DNA of 64,000 bases. Origin: an uncultured Bifidobacteriaceae bacterium (GTDB lineage Bacteria > Acidobacteriota > Vicinamibacteria > Vicinamibacterales > UBA2999). Shown one piece after another: positions 36,403 through 46,281 of this stretch (the first letter of the stretch is position 1; the number at the start of each line of letters is the position of its first letter). The notes under the pieces are model-generated. The model had not been told where the DNA came from. It did not search any database and saw only the letters and a program-made list of their open reading frames with translations. The DNA is taken from positions 18,391-82,390 of the forward strand of contig CAZJBN010000003.1 of the NCBI GenBank assembly GCA_964543955.1. The letters are read 5' to 3'. The position numbers and the translations under genes are program-made.

Positions 36403-38925
36403 ATGGATATGCCGGGATCCGGTAACGCGCCTCGCCGTTCGTCCGGTGTGCTCGACCGTCTCACCGCCATCGCGCTCGACATTCACTGGGCGTGGAACCA
36501 CGCCGGCGACGTCGTCTGGAGGCGCCTGGACGACGAGCTGTGGGAGCGGACGAAGAGCCCGTGGCTCCTGCTGCAGCACGTGGGGTACGACCGCCTCGAG
36601 CAGCTGGCGGAGGATCCCGGCTTCGTGCAGGAGCTGCAGGCGCTCGAGGAGACGCGCCAGCGCTATCGCGCAATCCCGCCGTGGCGTCCGGCCGGCATGA
36701 CAGCGCTGCCGACGGTGGCGTACTTCAGCATGGAGTTCGGCCTGACCGAAGCGTTGCCGCTCTATGCGGGCGGCCTCGGCGTGCTGGCCGGTGACTACCT
36801 GAAGACGGCAAGCGACCTGGATGTGCCGGTCGTCGGCGTCGGCATCATGTGGCAGCAGGGCTATTTCCGCCAGGTGCTCGACGGGAGCGGCCGGCAGACG
36901 GAGCTCTATCCGTTCAACGAGCCGGCCAGCCTGCCCGTGCAGCCGGTCGTCACGGCGAGCGGCGAACGCCTGCAGATTCCGTTGATGGTGCAGGGACGCA
37001 CCGTGCTGCTGCGCGCGTGGCAGCTGACCGTCGGCCGGACGACACTCTATCTGCTCGACAGCAACGATGCCTACAACACGCCCGCCGATCGCGGCTTGAC
37101 CGGCACGCTCTACGGGGGAACCTCGGAGGTCCGCCTTCTCCAGGAGATCATCCTCGGCATCGGTGGCTGGCGGCTCCTCGTCGCGCTCGGCCACGACATC
37201 GAGATCTGCCACCTGAACGAGGGGCATGCCGGGTTCGTCGTGATCGAGCGTGCCCGCCACGCGATGCAGCGGCTCGGCATCAGCTTCCGCGACGCGTTGT
37301 GGGCCACCCGCGCCGGCAACGTCTTCACCACACATACGGCCGTGCCGGCGGGATTCGATACGTATTCGGCGGAAGAGATCGAGATCTACCGCGCGTGGTT
37401 CGAGGAATACGTCCGGGGCCTCGGTCTCGAGTGGAAGGAGCTGCTGGCGCTCGGGCGCCGCGATCCCGACGATGCGCGCGAGCCGTTCAGCATGGCGTGG
37501 CTCGCGATGCGTGGATGCTCGCATGTCAACGGCGTCAGCCGCCTGCATGGGGAAGTGAGCCGGCGCCTCTTTGCCGGGCTCTTCCCACGCTGGCCCGAGC
37601 AGGACGTCCCTGTCGCCCACATCACCAATGGCGTGCACGTGCCGTCGTGGGATTCACCCTGGACCGACGAGGTGTGGACGCGCGTGTCCGGACGCGAGCG
37701 GTGGTGCGGCGACGTGTCGGCGCTGGCGGGCGACATCCTGCGGCTCGACGACGAAGAGCTCTGGCAGCTGCTCACGCACGAGCGCGCCGACCTGGTGCGG
37801 TATGCGCGGGCGCGGTTGCTCCGCAAGCTGGGGCGGCACGTGAGCCACGCCGACGCCGCGCGCACGGCGCAGAACGTGCTCGACCCCGAGATCCTCACGC
37901 TCGGCTTCGCGCGCCGGTTTGCCACCTACAAGCGACCCAATCTTCTGCTCACCGACCCGTCGCGCCTGCTGGCCCTGCTGACCGACCCGCACCGTCCCGT
38001 CCAGCTCATCGTCGCCGGCAAGGCGCACCCTCGTGACGCGGAGGGCAAGGCGCTCATCGAGCACTGGGATCAGTTCGCGTCGCGTCCCGAGGCACGCAAC
38101 CACGTCGTGTTCCTCGACGACTACGACATCCGGCTGGCGACCGAGCTCGTGCAGGGTGTGGACGTCTGGATCAACACGCCGCGCCGTCCCTGGGAGGCGA
38201 GCGGCACGAGCGGCATGAAGGTCCTCGTCAATGGAGGCCTCAACCTCTCGACGCTCGACGGCTGGTGGGCCGAAGCCTTCTCGCCCGACTGGGGATGGGC
38301 CGTTGGCGAGGCCACCGAGGGGCCAGCTGACGATGCCCGGGACGCCGGGCAACTCTACGCGACGCTTGAAGGCGACGTGATCCCCCGATTCTACGAGCGT
38401 GACGCCGACGGGTTGCCGCGCCGGTGGCTGGCCCTCGTGCGTGCCAGCATGGCGTCGCTGTCGCCCCGCTTCAGCAGCGTGCGCATGCTGCAGGAATACG
38501 TCGAGCAGTGCTACGCGCCGGCGGCCGCGTCCTACCGCGAACGGATGGCGGAGAATGGCGCCGTCGCGCTCAGCCTGGCGGGCTGGTCGAGCCATCTCGA
38601 AGTGCACTGGGCCGGCATTCGGATCGGCGAGGCGGCCTGGAGCGGTCCCGCCGGGCGGCGCGTGGTGTCGGTGCCTGTGTTTCTCGGCGCCATCGATCCC
38701 GGATCCGTGCGGGTGGAGCTCTACGCCGATCAGGTTGGAGGCAGCGACCGCGTGGCGCAGGCGATGACGATGGCGGGCGTCGTCGAGGGGCAGCCGCAGA
38801 CCTATGTCTACGAGGCGACGATCGAGTCGTCACGGCCGCGCGAACACTACACGCCGCGCGTCGTCGCGTACCATCCCTCGGCGCGCACGCCGATCGAGGT
38901 GCCCCTCATCGCCTGGCCGCCCTGA
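36403..38925 (+). CDS. glgP: Alpha-glucan phosphorylase (GT35 family)
   Basis: YFSMEFGL, LYAGGLGVLAGDYLKTASDL and EASGTSGMKVLVNGG (PLP-lysine region). GGAGG precedes the ATG. Confidence 0.9.
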   Translation: MDMPGSGNAPRRSSGVLDRLTAIALDIHWAWNHAGDVVWRRLDDELWERTKSPWLLLQHVGYDRLEQLAEDPGFVQELQALEETRQRYRAIPPWRPAGMTALPTVAYFSMEFGLTEALPLYAGGLGVLAGDYLKTASDLDVPVVGVGIMWQQGYFRQVLDGSGRQTELYPFNEPASLPVQPVVTASGERLQIPLMVQGRTVLLRAWQLTVGRTTLYLLDSNDAYNTPADRGLTGTLYGGTSEVRLLQEIILGIGGWRLLVALGHDIEICHLNEGHAGFVVIERARHAMQRLGISFRDALWATRAGNVFTTHTAVPAGFDTYSAEEIEIYRAWFEEYVRGLGLEWKELLALGRRDPDDAREPFSMAWLAMRGCSHVNGVSRLHGEVSRRLFAGLFPRWPEQDVPVAHITNGVHVPSWDSPWTDEVWTRVSGRERWCGDVSALAGDILRLDDEELWQLLTHERADLVRYARARLLRKLGRHVSHADAARTAQNVLDPEILTLGFARRFATYKRPNLLLTDPSRLLALLTDPHRPVQLIVAGKAHPRDAEGKALIEHWDQFASRPEARNHVVFLDDYDIRLATELVQGVDVWINTPRRPWEASGTSGMKVLVNGGLNLSTLDGWWAEAFSPDWGWAVGEATEGPADDARDAGQLYATLEGDVIPRFYERDADGLPRRWLALVRASMASLSPRFSSVRMLQEYVEQCYAPAAASYRERMAENGAVALSLAGWSSHLEVHWAGIRIGEAAWSGPAGRRVVSVPVFLGAIDPGSVRVELYADQVGGSDRVAQAMTMAGVVEGQPQTYVYEATIESSRPREHYTPRVVAYHPSARTPIEVPLIAWPP

Positions 38926-38933
38926 GTCGGCCG

Positions 38934-39407
38934 CTATCGCCTGGGCCGCGGCGTCGACGACCTGGCACGACGGCGAGGTTCAGATGTCGCGATCCCGCGG
39001 GCAATCATCACTTCCGTCGACTTGACGATGGCCATTGCATCGTCGCCGCGCCGCAGCTTCAGGGCGCGCACGGCATCGGCGGTGATGACGGCCGTCAGCG
39101 CCTGATCGCCCACGCGAAGCCGCACCTGTGCCAGGAGGCCGTCGACGCGGACCTCCTCGATGAACCCGTGCAGCCGGTTGCGTGCGCTCAGACCGCCAAT
39201 GGCCTCGTCCGGATCGGCGGGCGGGCCGGCCAGCCGTGCCTCCGGCTGTGCCCGTGCCAGCAGCCGATCGATCTCGGCCTCGGACACCCGATGATGTCCG
39301 CCCTCGGTACGCATCGTCCGGACCCGCCCCGTGTGCACCCATCGTTTGAGCGTCGAATAGCCGACGCCCAGGCGTTCGGCCGCTGCCCGCACCGTCAGTA
39401 GCGCCAA
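38934..39407 (-). CDS. Transcriptional regulator: excisionase/MerR-type HTH plus TOBE (molybdate/oxyanion-binding) domain
   Basis: LLTVRAAAERLGVGYSTLKRWVHTGRV (HTH), then SARNRLHGFIEEVRVDGLLAQVRLRVGDQALTAVIT...AMAIVKSTEVMI (TOBE/Mop fold). A likely TTG start at 39407 is preceded by AAGGGAG. The ORF could extend to 39494. Confidence 0.7.
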   Translation of the reverse strand: MALLTVRAAAERLGVGYSTLKRWVHTGRVRTMRTEGGHHRVSEAEIDRLLARAQPEARLAGPPADPDEAIGGLSARNRLHGFIEEVRVDGLLAQVRLRVGDQALTAVITADAVRALKLRRGDDAMAIVKSTEVMIARGIATSEPRRRARSSTPRPRR

Positions 39408-39494
39408 ATCGACTCCCTTCGCGGCACTCGAATCCGCACCGAATCGTATCACCGCCGCCCCCCGTGCGCCGGCCGTGGCGGCCCGCCACGTCAC

Positions 39495-39600
39495 TTCGAG
39501 TAATCGGATTGAATGGATCTATTAACTGCTTCAAGTTGATCTAATTCGTCGTGTTAAGGTAGAACTTGATGTTCCCGTCCGCCGCGATCTCCCGCGTGTG
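39495..39600. promoter_or_regulatory. AT-rich divergent promoter patch between the TOBE regulator and the TonB-dependent receptor
   Basis: The local GC drop is obvious by eye (TAATCGGATTGAATGGATCTATTAACTGCTTCAAGTTGATCTAATTCGTCGTGTTAAGGTAGAACTTGATG). GATCTA(T/A)T occurs at 39516 and 39538, 22 nt apart, and TTGAT recurs at 39566. Confidence 0.45.
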
Positions 39601-39624
39601 GACCGGCTTCGAGAGGAAGGGTTG

Positions 39625-41766
39625 ATGCGTTTTCGGATTGGGATGGTCCTGGCGTGCCTGACCGCGGTCTTCGTGTTTCTTCCTGGCGGCGCCCGTGCAG
39701 GCCAGGACCAGGCGCCGGCGCCTGCGGACGGGAGCGCTGCGGCGCCCGGCTCGTCGCAGACGACCGGCGGTCAGCCCTCGCCGGCGCCGAATCGCGATCT
39801 CGTCTTCGACCTCGGCGAGATCGTCGTGGTTGGAACCGAAGACGGGAGGCCGGGCGTCGGTGGTTCGGTGCTGAGCCACGAGCAGATGTGGGCGTTCGAT
39901 CGCAACTCGCTCGATCACGCCGTCAACATGGTGCCCGGCGTCGTAAGCACGTTCGACTCCAACGGCCGCAGGAACGAGAGCGACATCTTCGTGCGCGGGT
40001 TCGGCCGCTGGCAGGTGCCGCTCATGCTCGACGGCGTGCGCATCTACCTGCCCGCGGACAATCGGCTCGACTTCGCCCGGTTCCTGACGGCCGACATCGC
40101 GGCCATCCAGGTGCAGAAGGGGTACGCATCGGTCCTCGACGGTCCGGGCGCGATGGGTGGCGCGATCAACCTCGTGACGCGCAAGCCCACGCAGCCGTTC
40201 GAGTTCGAGACGAGCGCCAGGCTCGGGGGGCGCGACAGCAACGAGGGCTGGAACGCGTACGCCATGGCCGGCACCCGCCAGGAACGGTTCTACCTGCAGG
40301 GCAGCTTCAACTACGCCGATCGGGAATCGTGGACGCTGTCCGGGGACTACGACCCGACCGGCAACTCGCTGCAGCCTTCCGGGAAGCGGCTGAGCTCCGA
40401 TACCGAGGACTCGCGGCTGAACATCAAGGCCGGCTTCACGCCCAGGGCGACCGACGAGTACACGTTCAATTTCATCCGGCAGACCGGCGAGAAAGGCGCG
40501 CCCCTCAACGTCTACAACAACCCTCCCGTGCCGCCCAACAGCTACTGGCGGTGGCCGTACTGGGACGTGCAGAACACGTCGTTCCTGTCGAGGACCGCGC
40601 TCGGCGGCGCGTCCTATCTGAAGACGAAGCTGTACTACAACACCTTCGAAAACGGCCTCGATGCGTACGACGACGCCACGTACACCACGCAGTCGGCCAA
40701 CGGCCGGTTCCGTAGCCCGTACGACGACCACGCCTACGGGACAACCGTCGAGCTCGGCACCGCGCTGCGATCGCACTCGCTCAAGGGCGCCGTTCACTAC
40801 CGCACAGACGTGCACACCGAACAGCAGTTCAGCCGGCCGACCCATCCGACGCTGAGCTCGTCCGAACCGGTGCAGGAACAGTCCCAGTACACGTGGTCGC
40901 TGGCGCTCGAAGACACCATTGCCGTGACCCCGACGGTGAACCTCGTCGGAGGCCTGAGCTACGATCGCTACGCGATCACGAAGGCCGAGGAGTACAACGC
41001 GTCGCAGGGAATCTTCGAGTATCCAAAGGGCGGGTCGGACGCGTTCAACTGGCAGGGCGCGGCCATCTGGCACTACACCCCGACCGAGCAGGTGTATGCG
41101 AGCGTCTCGGATCGCGCGCGCTTTCCCGTCATCTTCGAGCTCTACAGCACCCGCTTCGGCACGGCCACGCCCAACCCCGACCTCGGGCCCGAACGCGCCA
41201 CGAACCTCGAGGTGGGGTGGAAGTCGACCCGCGTGGGCGGACTCAGCGTCGAGGGCGCGGTGTTCTACAGCGATGTGCGGGATCTCATCCAGACCATCGT
41301 TCTCCCCGACACGACGACGCAGACGCAGAACGTCGGCAACGGCGAGTTCTACGGCGCCGAGGTGGCCATTGACGCCGAGGCGGGGCAGCCGTTGCGGGTC
41401 GGCGGCAACTACACCTACATCAGCCGGACCATCCGCGACAGCCTGCAGCCCGACCTCCGCCCGACCGGCGTGCCGTCGCACAAGGCCTTTCTCTACGCGG
41501 CGTGGCAGCCGGCGTCGCGCTTCACCATCACCCCGAGCCTCGACCTGGCCAGCGATCGGTGGAGCGACGTGAACCCGGCGCCGGCCTTCCCCTATGTCAG
41601 GACCGGCGGCTACGCACTGCTCGACCTCTCGGCCGCGTTCGACGTCGTGAGCGATGTCGAACTCGTCCTCGGCTTCAGGAACCTCGCCGATCAACACTAC
41701 GAGCTGGCGTGGGGCTTCCCGCAACCGGGACGGACCTTCTTCGTCAAGACACGGATCGGACTGTGA
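39625..41766 (+). CDS. TonB-dependent outer-membrane receptor
   Basis: Signal peptide, then plug-domain motifs (DLGEIVVVG, VVSTFDSNGRRNESDIFVRGF, VPLMLDGVRIY, IQVQKGYASVLDGPGAMGGAINLVTRKP) and a long beta-barrel. ATG after GAGAGGAAGG. Confidence 0.9.
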   Translation: MRFRIGMVLACLTAVFVFLPGGARAGQDQAPAPADGSAAAPGSSQTTGGQPSPAPNRDLVFDLGEIVVVGTEDGRPGVGGSVLSHEQMWAFDRNSLDHAVNMVPGVVSTFDSNGRRNESDIFVRGFGRWQVPLMLDGVRIYLPADNRLDFARFLTADIAAIQVQKGYASVLDGPGAMGGAINLVTRKPTQPFEFETSARLGGRDSNEGWNAYAMAGTRQERFYLQGSFNYADRESWTLSGDYDPTGNSLQPSGKRLSSDTEDSRLNIKAGFTPRATDEYTFNFIRQTGEKGAPLNVYNNPPVPPNSYWRWPYWDVQNTSFLSRTALGGASYLKTKLYYNTFENGLDAYDDATYTTQSANGRFRSPYDDHAYGTTVELGTALRSHSLKGAVHYRTDVHTEQQFSRPTHPTLSSSEPVQEQSQYTWSLALEDTIAVTPTVNLVGGLSYDRYAITKAEEYNASQGIFEYPKGGSDAFNWQGAAIWHYTPTEQVYASVSDRARFPVIFELYSTRFGTATPNPDLGPERATNLEVGWKSTRVGGLSVEGAVFYSDVRDLIQTIVLPDTTTQTQNVGNGEFYGAEVAIDAEAGQPLRVGGNYTYISRTIRDSLQPDLRPTGVPSHKAFLYAAWQPASRFTITPSLDLASDRWSDVNPAPAFPYVRTGGYALLDLSAAFDVVSDVELVLGFRNLADQHYELAWGFPQPGRTFFVKTRIGL

Positions 41767-41780
41767 CGTCAGGCAGAGAG

Positions 41781-42326
41781 ATGATGCATCGACGAACACT
41801 CACGGTGGGGATCATTGGGGCAGCCATCCTGGCACTCGGTCTGGCCGGTCCGGCGGCTGCGGGGCAGGCGGTCGCATCTCCTCCGGCGAAGGCCCCGCCC
41901 GTCACGGCGCTGGTCGTGGCCGGAGACGTGGCCACGCCGCTCGACATCACCCCCGCCGACCTCGCGGCCATGCCCCGGACCAGCGTCGAGGTGAGGCAGG
42001 AGGATGGTCAGACCACGACCTACGAAGGCGTGCTCGTGACCGAGATCCTGAAGCGCGCCGGCACGCCGCTCGGCGCCGATCTCCGTGGCGCCGCCGTCGC
42101 GAGCTACGTTCTCGCCACCGCCTCGGACGGCTACCAGGTCGTCTTCTCACTCGCGGAGCTCGATGCCGGGTTCACGTCGAACGACATCATCGTGGCCGAC
42201 ACCATCGACGGCAAGCCGCTCTTCGCCTACCAGGGTCCGTTCCGCATTGTCGCGCCGAAGGACAAGCGTGGCGCCCGGTCGATCCGCATGCTGCAGCGGC
42301 TCGAGGTCGTGCGCCTGAAGAAGTAG
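41781..42326 (+). CDS. Small periplasmic protein with a molybdopterin-oxidoreductase (YedY/sulfite-oxidase Mo-domain) fold, lacking Cys
   Basis: Signal peptide, then VAGDVATPLDITPADLAAMP...YEGVLVTEILKRAG...ASDGYQVVFSLAEL...IDGKPL...GPFRIVAP...RSIRMLQRLEV. The mature sequence contains no Cys, His or Trp. Confidence 0.65.
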   Translation: MMHRRTLTVGIIGAAILALGLAGPAAAGQAVASPPAKAPPVTALVVAGDVATPLDITPADLAAMPRTSVEVRQEDGQTTTYEGVLVTEILKRAGTPLGADLRGAAVASYVLATASDGYQVVFSLAELDAGFTSNDIIVADTIDGKPLFAYQGPFRIVAPKDKRGARSIRMLQRLEVVRLKK

Positions 42327-42331
42327 TGTCG

Positions 42332-43486
42332 ATGCCCTGGCGCACGTGGGTGGTGCTGACGGGCCTCTGGCTCGCCGTCGTGGCCGGCGCGCGTGTGCCG
42401 GCGCAGGAGACGTACGACTGGACGCTGCCGGCCCGATTTCCCCCGCCCATGGTTCCGGCGGACAACCCCATGTCGGCGGCGAGGGTCGAGCTCGGACGCT
42501 ATCTGTTCTACGACACGCGCCTGTCGGGAAACGGCACCCAGTCGTGCGCGACCTGCCACGAGCAGGCGCGGGCCTTCACTGACGGCCGGGCTCAGAGCAT
42601 TGGATCCACCGGGCAGGTCCATCCGCGCGGCAGCATGAGCCTGGTCAACGTGGCGTACGCCAGCATCCTGACCTGGGCGAACCCGACCCTCACCTCTCTC
42701 GAAGAACAGGCGCTCGTACCCATGTACGGCGAGCACCCCGTCGAGCTCGGACTGGACGCCTCCGACCGCTGGCTCGGCGCGATCGCCCGCGACGGGATCT
42801 ACACCCCGCTCTTCCGCGCGGCGTTCCCGTCCGACGACGAGCCGGTGACGAGGGTGAACGTGACCAGAGCCATCGCGAACTTCGAGCGCTCGATCGTCTC
42901 GGCCCGTTCACCGTACGACCGCTACCACTTCGACCGCGATGACAGCGCCATCCCGGAGTCGGCCCGGCGCGGCGAGGTGCTCTTTCACTCCAACCCGTTG
43001 TCGTGCTTCACCTGTCACGGCGGGATTCACTTCTCGGGGTCGATGGGCAGCCGCCCCCGCCGGACGCCTGTCGAGCTCCACAACACCGGCCTCTACAATC
43101 TTCAGGGCCTGCTCTCGTATCCACCGGAGAACACGGGGGCGTTCGAGGTGACGCGCGACCCGGCAGACGTCGGCAGGTTCAAGGCGCCCAGCCTTCGAAA
43201 CGTTGCCGTCACCGCGCCGTACATGCACGACGGCAGCATTGCCACGCTCGAGGAAGCGATCGACCACTACGCGGCCGGCGGCCGCACGATTGCCGAAGGC
43301 CCGCGCCGCGGCGTGGGACGCGACAACCCCAACAAGAGCCCGACGATTCGCGGATTCACGCTGACCCGCGACCAGCGCGCGGACCTCGTGGCCTTCCTGG
43401 AGTCGCTCACTGACGAGGCCCTGCTGCACGATCCACGGTTCGCAAACCCGTGGACGGCCGGTCGCGCCGATCGCCGACTCCGGTGA
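42332..43486 (+). CDS. Di-haem cytochrome c peroxidase family enzyme (MauG/MbnH-like)
   Basis: Signal peptide, two CXXCH motifs (CATCH, CFTCH), and FKAPSLRNVAVTAPYMHDGSIATLEEAIDHY typical of the CCP/MauG family. It starts 6 nt after the upstream stop. Confidence 0.88.
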   Translation: MPWRTWVVLTGLWLAVVAGARVPAQETYDWTLPARFPPPMVPADNPMSAARVELGRYLFYDTRLSGNGTQSCATCHEQARAFTDGRAQSIGSTGQVHPRGSMSLVNVAYASILTWANPTLTSLEEQALVPMYGEHPVELGLDASDRWLGAIARDGIYTPLFRAAFPSDDEPVTRVNVTRAIANFERSIVSARSPYDRYHFDRDDSAIPESARRGEVLFHSNPLSCFTCHGGIHFSGSMGSRPRRTPVELHNTGLYNLQGLLSYPPENTGAFEVTRDPADVGRFKAPSLRNVAVTAPYMHDGSIATLEEAIDHYAAGGRTIAEGPRRGVGRDNPNKSPTIRGFTLTRDQRADLVAFLESLTDEALLHDPRFANPWTAGRADRRLR

Positions 43487-43536
43487 CGCCGGCCCGGTCC
43501 GCGACGAGCGGGTGCCGGAGGCGGCAGGTGGAAGTG

Positions 43537-44763
43537 CTAATGCCTGCTGCGCTGGTAGTGCTGCCGGAGCAGGTCCTTCCCGTAGTCGTTTCCGTTGGGC
43601 GTGCGCACGATCGTATGGATGTGCTCGACGTCCGGTAACGAGGGATCCTCCGTCAGGTGCCGCAGGTTGGCGGGCCGGTTGTGATCGAACTCGATCAGGA
43701 TGACGGGGCTGTGGATCCGGTAGTAGAAGACGCTTCCGGGCTCGGTCCCGCCGATCCACGCGAACCACGTTCGATCCAGGTGCGCGCGCACTTCGTCCAT
43801 TCGCACCCGCGCGTGGCCCTCGGCCATGTTGTTCACATAGAGAGCGGTCAACTCCATCAGCGCGTGCCGCTGCGTCTCGTCGAGATCGGTCGCGCGAATG
43901 CCGGCGTAGTCGAGGACGACGTTGTCCTTCCACGCCTCGGTGAGGATGTTGTTGCCGGTCTTGGAGAACTCGAGGATGGCCTTCGTCCGCTGCGCGTCGG
44001 CGAGGCTGTTGACGAACGCGAGCGCGCGCTCCTGTTCGGCCCTCAGGATCGTCGTGCCCTTGAACTTCCCGGCGTGCGCCGTCGTCGGCTCCGAACCGGC
44101 GAAATGGGGCGTCATCACCACCTGATCCCCGAGAATGAAGTAGTTGATGATGGCGTGATGCCCGTCGAATTGCCAGCCCCATGGCTCGGTGGCCGAGGGC
44201 GTGCCCATGACGGTCATGTGGTAACGCCACTCGCCGTATTCCTCGAAGTTGTTGTCGTTGAGTTCGCCCAGCGTGTGGTTGAGTCGCATGATGTCACGCG
44301 TGAGCGTGAGTCCTTTGGCACTGAGCCCGGCCTCCAGCAGGGCGAAGGCCTTCTCGCGCTGGATGTCGGTCATCTCCAGGAAGCTGATGCCCTGCCGCAC
44401 GTAGAAGTGCTGGTTCATCCACTTGCGCCACTCATCGTCGTCCACCGCGAATGTCGTTCGGCGCCGTTCGTCGGCGGTGAGGCTGGCCAGGAACGTCTCC
44501 GCCGCCAGCCGGACCGGTTCGGTCGAGACGCCCGTCGAGCGGATTTCGAAGAGACCCGGCTCGATCTCGCCGGTCGGGGTGACGCCCTTGAAGGGCTCGG
44601 CAAGGCCTCGGGCGTCGGCGGCAACCGACTGCTTCTGCCGTTCGGCGAGCGATCTCGGCGGCGGCGCGGATCCGCGCGCCTGCGACGACAGCAGCGGCTG
44701 AACACCGATGAGGGCGAGCATCACCGCGGTCACGCTCCCCAGGACGGCAAGTCTCCTGCTCAT
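43537..44763 (-). CDS. DUF3500-like secreted protein
   Basis: Start [16 protein letters not shown] (ATG 44763). [32 protein letters not shown] and [16 protein letters not shown] are as I remember for DUF3500. The 240-aa upstream ORF extension is judged spurious. Confidence 0.7.
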   Translation of the reverse strand: MSRRLAVLGSVTAVMLALIGVQPLLSSQARGSAPPPRSLAERQKQSVAADARGLAEPFKGVTPTGEIEPGLFEIRSTGVSTEPVRLAAETFLASLTADERRRTTFAVDDDEWRKWMNQHFYVRQGISFLEMTDIQREKAFALLEAGLSAKGLTLTRDIMRLNHTLGELNDNNFEEYGEWRYHMTVMGTPSATEPWGWQFDGHHAIINYFILGDQVVMTPHFAGSEPTTAHAGKFKGTTILRAEQERALAFVNSLADAQRTKAILEFSKTGNNILTEAWKDNVVLDYAGIRATDLDETQRHALMELTALYVNNMAEGHARVRMDEVRAHLDRTWFAWIGGTEPGSVFYYRIHSPVILIEFDHNRPANLRHLTEDPSLPDVEHIHTIVRTPNGNDYGKDLLRQHYQRSRH

Positions 44764-45013
44764 GGCGTGGAGTGTAGTCCCAAACCGCGGCCAGGAGTAG
44801 TCCTGCCGTTCACTCGCGAACCGCGCGCCGGAATCCCAGCCCGGGCGTCGCGAGGCGCGGGCCGGACGCGCGCGCACCTGTCGTGCGATGCTCGGCGCGC
44901 CAGCACGATGGTAGGCTTGCGCACGACGTGAACGGGCGCGACCTCGTGGCGGCGTGTGCCGCCGTGGTTGCGCCGCGAGCTTCGGCCTCAGCACGCCGGA
45001 GGAGTTGGCAGCG

Positions 45014-46096
45014 ATGTCGGGACTGATTGGCACGAAGACAGCGGTGGCCGGCGGCGTCGGCGCCGTATTCCTGTGCGCGACGCTGGTCGGCGCGCAGGAG
45101 CCCGCCGCATGGGGCACGGGCCCCGAAGCCACCTTCCACACCTTCTCCATCGTTGCGGTCGATCCCAGGACAGGGGAGACCGGCGTGGTGGTGACGACGC
45201 GCAACCCGTGCGTGGGGAATGCCGTGCCGTGGGTCCGCGCAGGTGTCGGCGCTGTCGCAACGCAAGGCGGCACGCGCGTCGAGTACGGAACGGATCTGCT
45301 GGATCGGATTGAGAAGGGCATGTCACCGCAGGCCGCACTGGACGAAGTCGTGGCCGCCGACGACGGGCGCGAACGCCGGCAGGTGGGGGTCATCGACAGC
45401 AAGGGCCGATCGGCCCAGTGGACGGGGAAGGGCCAGTACGGCGCGGAGAAGCAGGGCGACTGGGTGCACATGCGGCGGGGCGACACGTTCGCCGTTCAGG
45501 GGAACTCGCTCGTGAGCCCGGCGGTGGTGGACCGAGTGGCCGAGACCTTCCAGGCGAGCGAAGGGTCCGTGCGCACGCTGGCCGATCGTCTCATCGGAGC
45601 GCTGCAGGCCGGTCACGCCATCGGCGGCGATGGGCGGCACGGCGAGACGCAGTCGGCGGCGGTCCTCGTCGCCGACCCGCGCCCGGGCATGTCGCGCCGG
45701 CCTGATGGTGTCACGGTGAACATCAATGTCTGCGAGCATCCCGAGCCGGTGGCCGAGCTCAGGCGCATCTACGACACGGCGAGCGAGACGCTGGGATTCC
45801 GGAGGCTCGAGCAGTTTGCCGGCCGGGACGTGCTGCAGTTGAAGATGATGCTGCACGCGCTCGGCTATTACCGGCCTGACGAGAAGGAGATTCCCGTCTC
45901 CGGCCAGGACGCGCTGCTCTACACGCCCGACGCGGTTGCCGCGCTCGACAGGTTCCGGGCGGACCAGGACTGGGGGACGACCGTGCCCGGCTACGTGGAC
46001 GCACGCGTCGTCGAGCGCCTCTGGACGCGCCTCGAGGAGAAGCGACTGGCCGACGGCGTACGGCGGAAGCTGATCGACCTGCAGCGCATCCGTTGA
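45014..46096 (+). CDS. DUF1028 (Ntn-hydrolase-like) protein with a C-terminal peptidoglycan-binding-like domain
   Basis: ATG at 45014 after GGAGGAG, and a signal peptide. [43 protein letters not shown]-terminal [14 protein letters not shown]...[12 protein letters not shown]. Confidence 0.7.
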   Translation: MSGLIGTKTAVAGGVGAVFLCATLVGAQEPAAWGTGPEATFHTFSIVAVDPRTGETGVVVTTRNPCVGNAVPWVRAGVGAVATQGGTRVEYGTDLLDRIEKGMSPQAALDEVVAADDGRERRQVGVIDSKGRSAQWTGKGQYGAEKQGDWVHMRRGDTFAVQGNSLVSPAVVDRVAETFQASEGSVRTLADRLIGALQAGHAIGGDGRHGETQSAAVLVADPRPGMSRRPDGVTVNINVCEHPEPVAELRRIYDTASETLGFRRLEQFAGRDVLQLKMMLHALGYYRPDEKEIPVSGQDALLYTPDAVAALDRFRADQDWGTTVPGYVDARVVERLWTRLEEKRLADGVRRKLIDLQRIR

Positions 46097-46131
46097 CGCG
46101 CCGATTCGGCCCTCCCACTCTGCGCCGCCTC

Positions 46132-46167
46132 GCCGATCGCCAGCAGCCGCTGCCACTGGCGATCGGC
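46132..46167. terminator. Perfect 12-bp hairpin between convergent genes
   Basis: GCCGATCGCCAG (46132-46143) / CTGGCGATCGGC (46156-46167) with a 12-nt loop. It lies 36 nt after the DUF1028 stop. Confidence 0.5.
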
Positions 46168-46281
46168 CCACGTAATAGAGGTCGGACGCTCTGACGCGTG
46201 GCGGGCGCATCACGATCGTGTGACGCGGCAGGCGGCGAGGCCGGGAGTGACTTCTCGCAGGTCTCGGGCTGCCTGAGGGAG

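Noticed and set aside
39541-41799. A 752-aa minus-strand ORF antisense to the TonB-dependent receptor.
   Set aside because: The plus-strand product has a signal peptide plus plug and barrel motifs. The antisense product is Arg/Gly/Val-rich with no motifs.
41502-45486. Long 5' extensions of three ORFs: 41502-42326, 41654-43486 and 43537-45486.
   Set aside because: Each real protein begins at an internal start with an RBS and a signal peptide (41781, 42332, 44763). The extensions overlap neighbouring genes and are compositionally aberrant.
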